Positions 1-12,291 are shown, counted from the whole stretch's first letter. The stretch: DNA of 63,822 nt, filler included, from Octopus bimaculoides (GCF_001194135.2; 9 parts of 9 records of this genome joined end to end with filler, not necessarily neighbours in it); one strand, 5' to 3'. Made by a program: numbers and translations. Notes: generated from the letters alone by a model not told the origin.

Positions 1-42
1 GAATTCATTAAATAAAGTAATTTCTTTAATCGAAGTATTTAA

Positions 43-867
43 TACACGATGGTATCGAAAAGTTCCGGGTCTGGTTCTGTAGTGCACCAAAGAATGGCAG
101 CTCACGGTTGCGTGATCAGTGAGAGCAACTAGTGACCTTCCTGAGGAGGTGTTTTTGTGATTACGTATATTCGGTACTTTGCGATTTTGCCATGGACAGA
201 AACAAAGTGCCAACTAGATATTTTGCGATTTATGTTACAGAGACATTGAGCATCATTTGGCAAGTTTATGGGGGCGAGGCAACGGGTCATATGCAATGTT
301 TCGAGTGTCACAAGCGCCTCAAAAGCAGAACTTCCCTGTAAGACGACGAGCGATCTGAAAGACCTTACACGAACGTCATCCCCTGGAAATGTGACGGGAC
401 TGACCGTCAATCGAAAGTTCTATTTCAACGTTTTGAAATGTTTGGAAGAGGACATTCGATGAAAGCGAAATTCTCTGGACCATGAAGAATGGGATTCCTT
501 ACGATGACAATGCGCCCTTTCTCCGAGCTTTCCACACTACTGAGCTCCTTGCTAAAATCAACATAGCATCCCTTCTACACTTGCCATATTCGCTAGATTT
601 AGCACCTGCGACCTACCACCTATTCCTCAAGATAAAAATGCAGCTGAAAAGTTGCCGTTTTAATACCGCTGTCAGGATCCAGGGAGAATCGCAGAAGGTC
701 CTCAACACGTGTATGGAAATCTTCCTTAAGCGGCAGGAACGTTAGAACCTTTTTGTTTCTGCACAAGGTGTCTACTTCGAAGGATTTGATGTTAAAACCT
801 GTGTAAATACGTAATCTTTTTTTCATTGAACATACCTAGTCCCAAAACCTTTTAATACCACTTCGTA
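43..867 (+). mobile_element. Internally deleted, decayed mariner (DD34D-type) transposon
   Basis: The N-terminal transposase remnant reads ETLSIIWQVYGGEATGHMQCFECHKRLKSRTSL*DDERSERP. The C-terminal remnant reads DDNAPFLRAFHTTELLAKINIASLLHLPYSLDLAPATYHLFLKIKMQLK, matching the mariner DNA..H / YSPDLAP.D motifs. Degenerate 28-bp inverted termini (18/28 matches) lie inside TA dinucleotides at 43-44 and 866-867. Confidence 0.85.
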
Positions 868-2297
868 CATGGAACGTTAGTATTGTTGTATTTAGACATC
901 ATTACTTTACTCAGTAAAACAACTTAAGACATTATATATTACAATATATTACAAGAGTTCCCACTTAAGTGTTGTGCTTGATCTAAGGAATCAATAACTT
1001 GTTTTACATTGAAGCTGTATATCGCTCGGCAAATAACGTGTTTTCGTACTGCATAGCACATTGTGAAACTGATTTTTACCACAGCCTTTTGTTAGCAAAA
1101 GAAGTGTCATAAGAATTTAGTTGTTGAAACGGTTCAAGAGCCCAATTATGAGTATCCAACCAGCTAAGTCATATGTTAATAATTCGCTTAAAATTTTGTA
1201 AGCAGATCAGTCAAAGATTACGAGATCTCTTTTGAAATTAAAATTATGAATTTNNNNNNNNNNNNNNNNNNNNNNNNNNNNNNNNNNNNNNNNNNNNNNN
1301 NNNNNNNNNNNNNNNNNNNNNNNNNNNNNNNNNNNNNNNNNNNNNNNNNNNNNNNNNNNNNNNNNNNNNNNNNNNNNNNNNNNNNNNNNNNNNNNNNNNN
1401 NNNNNNNNNNNNNNNNNNNNNNNNNNNNNNNNNNNNNNNNNNNNNNNNNNNNNNNNNNNNNNNNNNNNNNNNNNNNNNNNNNNNNNNNNNNNNNNNNNNN
1501 NNNNNNNNNNNNNNNNNNNNNNNNNNNNNNNNNNNNNNNNNNNNNNNNNNNNNNNNNNNNNNNNNNNNNNNNNNNNNNNNNNNNNNNNNNNNNNNNNNNN
1601 NNNNNNNNNNNNNNNNNNNNNNNNNNNNNNNNNNNNNNNNNNNNNNNNNNNNNNNNNNNNNNNNNNNNNNNNNNNNNNNNNNNNNNNNNNNNNNNNNNNN
1701 NNNNNNNNNNNNNNNNNNNNNNNNNNNNNNNNNNNNNNNNNNNNNNNNNNNNNNNAATACTTCTCCAACCATACCATTGCTCTCTTTATCTTTTTAATTT
1801 TTAATTTATTTGCATATACACACGCTAATATACGACGTATAATCCCCAATCCTGTTCATACAACGACTGGGGCAAACTAGTCGGTATACAGCACTTACTC
1901 GGTATTACCTGTATCCTTTTGGGTTTGGTTAAATCCAATACCCTCCTCAACGTTATATATGTATGTATATATATATATATATATATATTGCCTGCTGTCT
2001 GTTCCCTATGCATTCTCAAGCGGCTCAACCAAGTCAAATCGAATTTTACAACGTAATAGTACCTGTCCCCGAGAGTATCACCATGTAATTTTCTTTTCAT
2101 TTACATTAAAACGATATAATATTGGCAAAGCTTCAGTATTACAAGTCAAAAGTGAAAGAATGAGATTTATCTTTTAATGTGATATAATATTGTTTCATTT
2201 TCATTCTTTCTCTTTTCATTCTAATGTGATAAACAAAGATCATCTTATTTGTAGTATATTTGAAATAAATGAATTGTCTATATCCTAATTTTAACAG

Positions 2298-2391
2298 CAT
2301 TACACATCGGCAGCTTCGCGTCTTACACGGCCACGACAGCGGAACGGTCTGTCACTGTATGTGTGTTGACTGACATCACGAACGGCTGGAG
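2298..2391 (+). CDS. Candidate internal exon of an unidentified gene
   Basis: This is a GC-richer island preceded by cctaattttaacag (branch-like plus acceptor) and followed by GAG|gtgaaa. One frame is open: (x)LHIGSFASYTATTAERSVTVCVLTDITNGW. An alternative donor lies at 2357 (gtatgt). No homolog recognised. Confidence 0.3.
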
Positions 2392-2795
2392 GTGAAACTC
2401 TTGAGATAAACAACGTGGTCGCATGTCCAAGGTTTATAGAAATACACATTTGCAGTTTCACCACCAGTTAATATCAGTGGCAGCAATTGCAAGGTATTTA
2501 CCATTATATATTTATCCTTAAATTAACATTTTATACATGTGCTTAATATATATGTATATATATATATATATATATATTAATGTAGCATTTACCGTTAAAT
2601 TAGCAGTTCCTACATGAGCTCTTATTTTGTTAATTTGCTTCTATTTGATTAATTTATACTGCATGTTAAAATTTTAAAAAAATAAATAAAAGATACAATT
2701 CCTTACAAAAATGGAGATTAATGTAGAATTTTCTCTATATCCATAATTTTTNNNNNNNNNNNNNNNNNNNNNNNNNNNNNNNNNNNNNNNNNNNN

Positions 2796-2807
2796 TTAAT
2801 TAATTAA
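2796..2807. other. Assembly gap placeholder TTAATTAATTAA (first of 8)
   Basis: The 12-mer is flanked here by exactly 44 N on each side (100 bp total). It recurs inside N-runs at 13883, 33542, 49389, 53329, 58845, 61088 and 62609. It puts stops in all six frames and is a technical artefact. Confidence 0.95.
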
Positions 2808-2915
2808 NNNNNNNNNNNNNNNNNNNNNNNNNNNNNNNNNNNNNNNNNNNNATATATATATATATGTATATATAGATAGATAGATATATATATATGTATA
2901 TATATATGTATATGC

Positions 2916-2968
<53 letters not shown>

Positions 2969-3220
2969 CAAATAAGAAAATGGAGAGGATACAAAAATGA
3001 CATACATGAGCTGGTAAACATTCTATTATGTCTATTCATTCCAATGTATTACATTCTAGTATGTCTATTTATTCCAATGTATTAGAAGAATACATACACA
3101 TGTAATAACCATTGGAATAAATAGACATGCTAGAATGTAATACATTGGAATGAATAGACATACTAGAATATCTACCGGCTGATGTATGTCATCTTTGTAT
3201 CCTCTCCATTTTCTTATTTG
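2969..3220. mobile_element. Foldback/MITE-like element with 111-bp inverted arms
   Basis: 2969-3079 is the near-perfect reverse complement of 3110-3220, with a 30-nt loop. Each arm contains two ~31-bp tandem subunits. It sits next to a (TA)n tract. Confidence 0.8.
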
Positions 3221-3390
3221 GTGTATAAATAAAGGGTAAACCATTTTTTACCCTCGCCCATATTTAACACTCATTTGTGAGAGTGTTATGCAGCAACTAG
3301 CACTTGGGTATGAATGATTGGGTACACTACCAGCAGTATATTGGATAAATACTATCCCTTGGTTGGTTTCCCAACCTCTAACTCACATAG

Positions 3391-3430
<40 letters not shown>

Positions 3431-3724
3431 AATTATATCAAATGGATGTGTTAAAAACTATTCTGCACATACAATAACAGCCATACCAACAATTGAACAA
3501 ACCTCCATCATCAGCTGCCACACAGATATCGCTATGGTTTTGACACCTGGGCAGCACCATTAAATTCAGTGGTGCCAAGAGCACTAAAATAAGTGTGGTT
3601 TGGGAACAAATATACCTTAGCTATCACCACATTCATTCAACCTTAATTCTAGGAAGGATTAAACACTTACATCATTAATTAAACAACAACAAAGAAACAC
3701 ATTTGCCCTATGTACAAAGACAGT

Positions 3725-4010
3725 TGAGGGTTCCAGTTGATCTGATCATTTGGAGCAGCCTGCTTGTGGAATTTACGTGCAGGTGGTTGAGTATTTCATG
3801 GATACATTTTACCCTTAACTTAGTTTTCAGGGCGGTTCAGTGTGACACAGAATGTAACAAGGCTGGCCCTTTGAAATATAGATACAACTCATTTTTGCCA
3901 GCTGAGTGGACTGGAGCAACGTGAAATAAAGTGTCTTGCTCAAGAACATATCACACCACCAGCAATTGAAATCACAACCGCTGAATACATGAACCCCTTG
4001 GCCATGTGTC
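3725..4010 (-). mobile_element. SINE family A variant (decayed)
   Basis: It shares tgtgacacag..aaggctggccc with 14084-14452 and 16703-17037. It shares ccagctgagtggac / tgaaat..agtg with the reverse complement of 47610-47777. Confidence 0.7.
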
Positions 4011-4494
4011 TTTAACAGGATTCATAAAGAAATTAAAACTTTGATGTGCCAAAACAAAAAAAATGTTTGCTATTACTGCAATGAGGTGTGTGTTGAGAGA
4101 GATTTGGTTTTTATTTCTAGCAAGCTGAACAATCATGTAGAAGCTTTCTCATCAATTTATTTTGTTATTTATTACAAACCCAAACTAAATGATCTTCTCA
4201 TTGTTGTTTAAAACCAGGTCAACAACCTCAAATGCATTCCATACGTGCCCATCTCTTTCTATTTTTAACATGAGAATCTATTTATATTTTTATTTCATGC
4301 GTTCTTCCTCTGTTGTTTTGAGGGAGAAATACAACTGCTATTTTTAAGTAAGGTTGGGTCTTAGTCGTAGCAGGTCTGTTGATCTCATGAAGATCCCGGA
4401 TTGGGTTTGTCAAGTCAAAAGGTTTTTTGCATATCATTTCTTCAGATCCGACACACACACCCATATAGGAGCATTTTATAAACAAACTTTATTG

Positions 4495-4631
4495 GTATTT
4501 TACAGACAAAAAAGTAAATTTCACCACATGAGGGCAACTTTTTTCCGTATTCTACGTGTAAATACCTAATCTCTCTTGGCTGTTTTCACAGGTCTACTGT
4601 GTTCAAAATTACTTTCTTGTCTGTAAAATAC
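4495..4631. repeat. Small inverted-repeat (MITE-like) unit
   Basis: The 34-bp arms at 4495-4528 and 4598-4631 are reverse complements at 30/34 positions. Confidence 0.65.
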
Positions 4632-4777
4632 ACACACACACATACACATTAGAATGTAACCATCCAACCCATGCCAGCATAGAAAACGGATGTTAAATGA
4701 TGATGATATATGCTTTATTTTTATGTGTGTGTGTGCATCATCATCATTGTTTAACGTTCATCTTCCATGTATACATG

Positions 4778-4831
<54 letters not shown>

Positions 4832-5243
4832 GACACACACATATACACACACTTCCATGCATACACACACACACACACGTACACACATATATGCATACAT
4901 GCGTACACACACACGCACGCGCACACACATACACACATATAAATCTGAGCCTTATTTTAATTACCATCTCCTGTTATGTCACATGACTGCAATAATGTAT
5001 TATCTGTCTCCAGTAATGTCAGTGTGTCCCGTGACTACAAAAAAGACTATGCTTGGGTCGTATGGCTTTTATGATATTTAGCAAATTTCAGGCGATATTA
5101 AATACAAGGGAAATAGGTTCATGCCTGCTGGCTACAATTACTTTCCTCATTTGCATGTTTATTATATTCATAAGTATTCATAGCGTGAGTATATGAGTAT
5201 GTATATATAATTTGTCTATGAGTGTGTAAGTTTGTATATACAG

Positions 5244-5630
5244 AGGCGTAGGAGTGGTTGTGTGGTAAGTAGCTTGCTTACCAACCACATGGTTCCGGGT
5301 TCAGTCCCACTGCGTGGCACTTTGGGCAAGTGTCTTCTACTATAGCCTCGAGCCGACCAAAGCCTTGTGAGTGGATTTGGTAGATGGAAACTGAAAGAAG
5401 CCTGTCGTATATATGTATATATATGTATGTGTGTGTAGATGTTTGTGCGTCTGTGTTTGTTCCCCCCAACATCGCTTGACAACCAATGCTGGTGTGTTTA
5501 CGTCCCCGTAACTTAGCGGTTCGGCAAAAGAGACTGATAGAATAAGTACTAGGCTAACCAAGAAAAAGTCCTGGGGGCGATTTGCTCGACTAAAGGCGGT
5601 GCTCCAGCATGGCCACAGTCAAATGACTGA
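5244..5630 (+). mobile_element. SINE family B, near full length
   Basis: The head ggcgtaggagtggttgtgtggtaagtagcttgc...ggttcagtcccactgcgtggcac has pol III A/B-box-like motifs. It has an internal (TA/TG)n tract and a 3' part ending ccagcatggccacagtcaaatgactga. It is nearly collinear with 56778-57181. Confidence 0.85.
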
Positions 5631-5816
5631 NNNNNNNNNNNNNNNNNNNNNNNNNNNNNNNNNNNNNNNNNNNNNNNNNNNNNNNNNNNNNNNNNNNNNN
5701 NNNNNNNNNNNNNNNNNNNNNNNNNNNNNNNNNNNNNNNNNNNNNNNNNNNNNNNNNNNNNNNNNNNNNNNNNNNNNNNNNNNNNNNNNNNNNNNNNNNN
5801 NNNNNNNNNNNNNNNN

Positions 5817-5858
<42 letters not shown>

Positions 5859-6682
5859 GACACATACACACAAACATGCCAGAGTATACTCATGTTTTTT
5901 TTTTACGTATATGTTGAGTGTATTTGGTCTATACTTGTGGATGTATGTGTAACTCCTAAATTTAATGGGGCTCTCTTTATTTTCTTATGTTTTGAATTAG
6001 TAAAATGGTAGGGGTCCCACTTGGTCTGAATCCAGCCCTGTATGTATGTGTATATATATTTATTTGTTTATTTGTATAAATATTTATTTATTTGTTTATA
6101 TATATATATTTATATTTTTATTTACCAGATGTTGAATTTTTCTCAGAATTGATGAAAAGTAACGAAAACCTACTGAAATGTTTCATATTCACGAAACTCA
6201 ATTGGGAGAAGGAGCATGTTTAGCAACAACAACTGTCCTGGTCTTTTTGGTTTTAGCAACACAACTGCCCTGACCTGCCTTTCATATCTTCATGATTTTC
6301 TCCCATTATTTGTTTTTCATATTTGTCTTATGTTTTCCATTCCACTCTCATCTTGAAGTCTTGACTGCCAGCAGTGAACAAGCCTCTGAGATTGGAAGAA
6401 AAGTCTATGACAAAGAGATAGACAAGATTCTAAACAACCAACATATAATGGAATCAAGCCAACAAGAAGTATGTGTGTGTGTTTGGTTGTTTATTTGTGT
6501 GTATACTGACATACAAAGGGAACAATAACCCTCTTTTGACTGGAAGCACTCACTCCAAAACAGTCTGTAAATGTCATCTCCTCCAAGAGGAGTCTGTGTA
6601 TCACCCTTCTCCAGAGATAGTCATTATGTGTGGATGTGTGTGTGTGTGAGTGAGTGAAACAATTTCCCTCAAGGACAGTGGT

Positions 6683-6721
<39 letters not shown>

Positions 6722-7213
6722 CATGTTAATATTCTGTAAGGGCTGTGTGTTGTGTAACCGTTTTCCAAAGACTCTGTATATGTGTGTTTGTAAGAGACAC
6801 CCCTTCTTCAAGGCATCCCCCACCGTGTGGACAATTTAGAAAGAATGAGACTCAGTTATGGGAAGTGATGCTGCATGTGAATCATGAGTCATTTCACATT
6901 TGTCACAATGGTCTGCAAGGGACAGTTCTACTCTTCCCCCTCATACTTGTACTAACTGCTGGGATTTTCTTCATTCTGCTTCCTATGTCCCCAAATTCTT
7001 CACCTTTTCTCTTTTCTGTCCTCTAAGGCATTCCTTTTTTTTTTTGTTCTCCTCTTTGTCCCCACAATTCCATTATATGTTCATTCTATTTTCTACAACA
7101 TCCAGCTCTAACTCAAGGTTTTGAAGTGACTTTTATTCATCAAACTCATTTAGGATATTTTTAAGAATTTATGTAAAAAAAATGACAATGATGTGCAATA
7201 TTCATTCTTAAAA

Positions 7214-7650
7214 TGGTGCTGGGATGGCTGTGGTTAAGAAGCTTGCTTTGCAGCTATGTGGTTTCAGGTTCAGTCTCGCTGTGTGGTACCTCGGGCAAGT
7301 ATTTTCTTTTAAAGCCCTGGGCTGACCAAAGCCTTGTGAGTGAATTTGACAGATGGAAACTGTGTAAGCCCAACATGCATGCATGAATGTTGAGCTTTTG
7401 CAGTTTCCATCTGTCAAATTCACATATGTACATACATACATACATACATTTGTGTTTGTCTTCATCACCTCTTGATAACTGGGGTTGATTTGATTATATC
7501 TATGTAACATAGTACTTTGGCACCAATAAGATAAATAATACTAGACTGAAAGAAAATAAGTACTGGGAACAATTTGTTTCAATAAACCCTTCAAGGCAGT
7601 GCCCCAGCATGGTCACAGTCCAATGACAGAAACAAGTAAAAAATGGAAGA
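7214..7650 (+). mobile_element. SINE family B, older full-length copy
   Basis: It has the same head, the same ccaaagccttgtgagtg core and the same ccagcatggtcacagtc...aaacaagtaaaa tail as 5244-5630. Confidence 0.8.
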
Positions 7651-7837
7651 TGCTCCAGCAGATTTGAACATGAATATGTTAATCAGTTTTGTATTTTACC
7701 TTAAGGAGAGATAGCTTTGACTGAAGAGATATAATGATGTTAAAACACCTGTGTCTGAAAGTCTCCCAATGTCACTGAATTAAGTGTGTGGTCAACACAC
7801 AATGTCTGAAGGGAGAAGTTGTTTGCCAAAGGCAAAA

Positions 7838-7933
7838 TACAACAGAGATTAACATATTAGCATTTCCTCTACCTTCTCATGCCTCTACAACAGAGATTTA
7901 CATATTAGAATTCCCTCTACCAACTCATGCCTC
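7838..7933. repeat. 48-bp tandem duplication
   Basis: tacaacagagatt(a/t)acatattag...ctcatgcctc occurs at 7838 and 7886. Confidence 0.85.
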
Positions 7934-8259
7934 ATTGGTTGTCTATCACTCCCTACCTCCATCCTTCAGCCCTACCCAGTCTTTACTGTTATTGCTTACC
8001 TTCCAATTTTGCCATCTATTATTCCTTCATATACACTTGTAACCCCCTGCCCATCCATGCTCCTAATTGCTGCTCACTTCTAGTCACCTTGTACCTTGAG
8101 GGGCCACCTGGATTAACAACTCCTACTGATCATTCTCACCCTCTTTTCTAAATGTGAGTAACCATGTAGGGCCTACTCACCCCTCCACCACTTCCTTTCT
8201 TTCATACTTTAACCCTTCATTTCCTTGCATAAAACCCACCCTCACCACACTGGGTTTGT

Positions 8260-8495
8260 TGTGTTGCGAGCTGCATGGTTACCTCGTTAGTGCTGGTGGC
8301 ATGAAAAATGCATCCATTCTGTGCTGTAAAGTGGTTGGCATTAGGAAGGGCATCCAGCTGTTGAAACCATACCAAAGCAGACTCTGGAGCATGATGCAGC
8401 CCCTGGACCCTTCAAATCCTGTCAAACTGTTCATCCTATGCCAGCATGGATCTTGGATGTTAAATGATGACAATGAAGATGATGATGATGAAGTA
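8260..8495 (+). mobile_element. SINE-like family D fragment ending in (GAT)n
   Basis: It reads gtggttggcattaggaagggcatccagctg...atgccagcatgga...gttaaatgatgac. Related pieces lie at 4655-4705, 10515-10670 and about 58975-59065 (- strand). Confidence 0.7.
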
Positions 8496-9967
8496 CATCA
8501 GAATGTGTTCAGTTAAAAATGAATCTTGATATTCTCAGTTTTGTGAGCTTATAATAATGTAAAAAAAAACAACAACCCAAAACAAGGTGAATTTATAGAA
8601 AGAAGAGAAAAGAATTTCAGTTAAAAAAGCAAACAATTGGCTGTGAGGTTATTGACGATGGATTGTTGCTGCTGACTGCATGGTTACGAGTTCAAACCTT
8701 GTGAACACTGAAGTAGCAGAGTTGTCGGAGCAAGGAACTAAATGCTTTGTGGTATTTATTCTGGCCTTTGCATTTTGAGTTCAAATCTCACCAAAATCAA
8801 CTTTGCTTTCCAGCTTTCTGGGGTCGGTGAAGGAAGTGCCACTCTAGGATGGTGGATTGACAGAACCATTAGAGCAACAAACAGGATGTCGTGTGATATA
8901 TTCCTTCCTGTTCTTTGCATTCTGATTTTAAATCCAGCTGAGGTCAATTTTGCCTTTTGTCCTTTCAGGGTCAACAAATAAAGTGCCAGGCCACTGTGTG
9001 TCTTTATTAGGGTCCATTCTAATGTCACTGAGTTTAATACCGTCATCTGGTCCTTTGGTATCTTTAGTTGCAAGCATTTGGATTAAGTCTCCAATTTGAG
9101 GATACCTTCTCTTTGTCCCCTCTCAGAGGTCCTGTAAAGGGTTACAAGGTCTGTCTTTTCTCAGGACTAAGTGACATAACCCCTCCAATCCCTATGACCT
9201 CTGGATTCCTTAGCCTATTTAGGCTGTTGTTCCAGTTTCATAACTGATTTTGTCTCATGGCAAGAGCTTGTGATGCTAACATGGCTCACTATAAAACGGA
9301 GTTTTGTCCTTGCCTTGTGCCCTCAGTACTTAATGGCATTGTAGAAGTGCTTTTGTGACATAAGGATGTCTTGGGCATTTTCACCTGGTTGAGTTCATCC
9401 TCCTTCAGGTTTAAACATGACTAATTTCTTCTAGAGAAAGGAAATGAGAGTTCGAGAAAGAAGTGACCTTCAGTATTTAATTTATGGAGCATGAAAGGTG
9501 TTTAATTTATGGGGCATGAAAGGATGAAAAGTACAGATGACATCAGCAGGATTTGAACTCTGAGCACAGAGAACTGGAACGAATATCACAAAGCATTTCA
9601 TTTAATGTTCAAAGGACTCTGCCAGTCTGATGACTAATGGTGTGGACACATGTTTAAACTTTAATCCTGCAGGCGGTGAGGGTGGGTGTCAGTTCTGCTG
9701 GCCACAGTATCGACTGTGACTGATATTTCTGCTGTTTAAGAAATTATTGAATGAAAATAGAAATAAAATAAAATATGATTGTTAAATTAAAACTCAAAAA
9801 GCAAATATATGTGAAATAAATGTAAAATAAAAGTACACATAAAATATCTGAAAGTTGTTGTTTAACCCCAGGTCACTTTTGGTCAAGTAGACCCAGAATC
9901 AAAGATGTCCTAATTTGAATCATTCCATCTGTTTTTGTTTTTGTTTTTGTTTTTTTTTTTTCTGGTA

Positions 9968-10795
9968 GCAATAGGTTGTGAGGTTAATAAGCTTGTTTCC
10001 CAACCTTGTGGTCTTGGAGTTTATTCCCACTGCATGACACCATGGGTAAGTATCTTCTACTATAGCCCTCGGCCAGCTAAAGCCTTGTGGGTGGATTTGG
10101 AAGACGGAAACTGAAAGAGGTCTGTCATATAGATGTGTGTGAGTAGTGTACTGTGGTTTTGATATCAGGCGAAGGTTATATGCAAGCACATCATCATACA
10201 AGCAAAGTTGTTTGTTAACAGTTTTCCCTGAAATACATGTCTAACCATGGAGAAATATTACCTTGATTGGAAACAAGTGAGGACTAGCAACAGGAAGGGC
10301 ATCCAGCTGTTGAAAATATGCCTTAACAAATTCCATCTGCAAATATATACAAATCATCAGTTTATATATACGTACAGACATGGCTGTATGGAAAGAAGCT
10401 TGCTTTCCAATCACATGATTCTGAGTTCAGCCCTACTGCGTGGCACCTTGGGCAAGTGTCTCTGCTATAGCCTCGGGCTGATCAAAGCCTTGTGAGTGGA
10501 TTTGGTAGATAGAAACCGATGGAAGTGGTTGGTGATAGGAAGAGCATCCAGCTGTAAAAACCCTGCCAAAACGGACACTGTAGCTTGGGGTAGTCTTCTA
10601 CCTGGCCAGCTTCTGTCAACCATCCTACCCATGCATGCATGGAAGATGGACATTAAATGATGATGGTGTTGATATATATATATACATATACATAAACACA
10701 CGTATTTGTTCTCTCTCCCCTACCACCATTTGACAACTGGTGTTGGTGTGTTTACATTCTGGCAAAAGAGACCAAAAGAATAAGACTTGAAAAAA
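9968..10795 (+). mobile_element. Cluster of SINE family B and D fragments
   Basis: Family B 5' halves are at 9968-10135 and 10375-10515, a family D piece at 10515-10670 and a family B 3' piece at 10705-10795. Confidence 0.75.
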
Positions 10796-11139
10796 ATTTC
10801 TGTGACTACATCACCCCCAACATCTGACCACCTAACTCCCCACACTCCCTTGATTATTATGTGTGGGGCGCAGCAGAGCGAGAGACCAACAAAACTCCTT
10901 GTAACACCAAAGATGAACTGAAGGCAAGGATTATGGCAGCATTCACCAACTTAAACAAGGAGACTGTCCAGAAGTTGTCTAGAGGCCATAATTGAAGCCA
11001 ATGGTGATTTTATTGACTAAATTTCTTCTTTAGTATTTCAAGATATTTTTATGTAATTTTGGTAAATATATCTGTTAAAATGAGATGCCATTTTCATTTT
11101 TGCATAATTTAGACGCCAATATATTCACCGCACCCTGTA
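10796..11139 (+). mobile_element. Tc1-like transposon 3' end with right TIR
   Basis: It encodes a remnant matching the WPP...PLDYYVWG region and ends aatttagacgccaatatattcaccgcaccctgTA. It is homologous to the reverse complement of 54920-55260. Confidence 0.8.
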
Positions 11140-11649
11140 TATATATATGTATATAAACTATCTGTATACATACAAACAGGTATGTGTGTGTGTGTACGAC
11201 AACAACAATAATACTAAATGTTTCAAACTTATAGTAAACAGGTTAGCCACAGGTACTACTTTGGGGGAAAATAATAAATTTCATTGCTTCTGGCCATCAA
11301 ACAAAACTTTAATTAATGCAATGTAACCAAAATGAAATAATGTCCTAACTTAATTAATGTGTCTAATTTTATTTAATTTTCATTTCTTGCAAACTATCAA
11401 AATCCCAGAACCATATTCTCTATCGGCATATATTTTGAACATATAAATGATCATACATACTTATTGAAATTCCCCTGGGGTGCACAGTTGGCTTGCTCTA
11501 TTGCGTGGCTTTTATGCTACTTTGGAATTTTTTTCTCTGGTTCAATTTCTGAGCAGTGTTGAGTGTCTATTACAAATGGAAAAATTACAAGTATTGGGTC
11601 ATCCCATAAATAATGCAGTTATTTTATACTTCTTTTATTTTTCAAAATT

Positions 11650-11840
11650 AAGATTAACAAAGACAGACAAAGGGATTAAGTCGATTACATCGACCCCAAC
11701 GCATAACTGATACTTAATTTATCGACCCTGAAAGGATGAAAGGCAAAGTCAACCTCAGCAGAATTTGAACTCAGAACTCAGACGAAATACCGCTAAGCAT
11801 TTTGCCTGGCTTGCTAACGATTCTGCCAGCTCGCCGCCCT
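11650..11840 (-). mobile_element. SINE family C
   Basis: It is the reverse complement of ggcggcgagctggcagaatcgttagc...ctgagttcaaattc...ctttgcctttcatcctttc, and is collinear with 22736-22952. Confidence 0.85.
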
Positions 11841-11894
11841 ATCCCATAAATAATGCAATTTTTTCAATTGCATGAACTAAATGTCGGAGGGGGT

Positions 11895-12277
11895 ATCTTC
11901 CGGGTTTCTACGTCGATGGCTCAGATCTCATCAATTGTCCAATCAAGCAGCCCAAATGTTGGTATGAGTACTGGCACCGAAAACACATTGCAGGCCACTG
12001 TTCTATTTAATGCAGAGAGTTCCAAGGTCCAAATTTTATTCGGTTGTAATATTCTTTAGTAATACATGTTTTGTTATAGGTGCCATTGTAAGATATGTTT
12101 TCATTTATCCCTAAATACCTGTAACAATCCTCGTCAGATATAGGGGAAATGGTCAAATCATTGATGGAGATGTTGCTAGTCTGGTTTATAGTTTTCCTTC
12201 TTTTCATAAACATATAGCAACATTTGTCCAGACCAAACTCCAGCTCTATATCCTTTGAGAATGTAACCAGGTCAAGG
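11895..12277 (-). mobile_element. R4/Dong-like non-LTR retrotransposon RT-region fragment
   Basis: The minus frame reads DLVTFSKDIELEFGLDKCC...CYRYLGINENI...KEYYNRIK. After a frameshift it continues WTLELSALNRTVACNVFSVPVLIPTFGLLDWTIDEI*AIDVETRK. These are late-RT and post-RT motifs typical of RLE-clade elements. Confidence 0.8.
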
Positions 12278-12291
12278 CTCTTGTGTGTGTG

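Noticed and set aside
11882-12010. Plus-strand Cys/Trp-rich frame CRRGYLPGFYVDGSDLINCPIKQPKCWYEYWHRKHIAGHCSI
   Set aside because: It is the antisense of the R4-like retrotransposon coding sequence, which explains the region fully.
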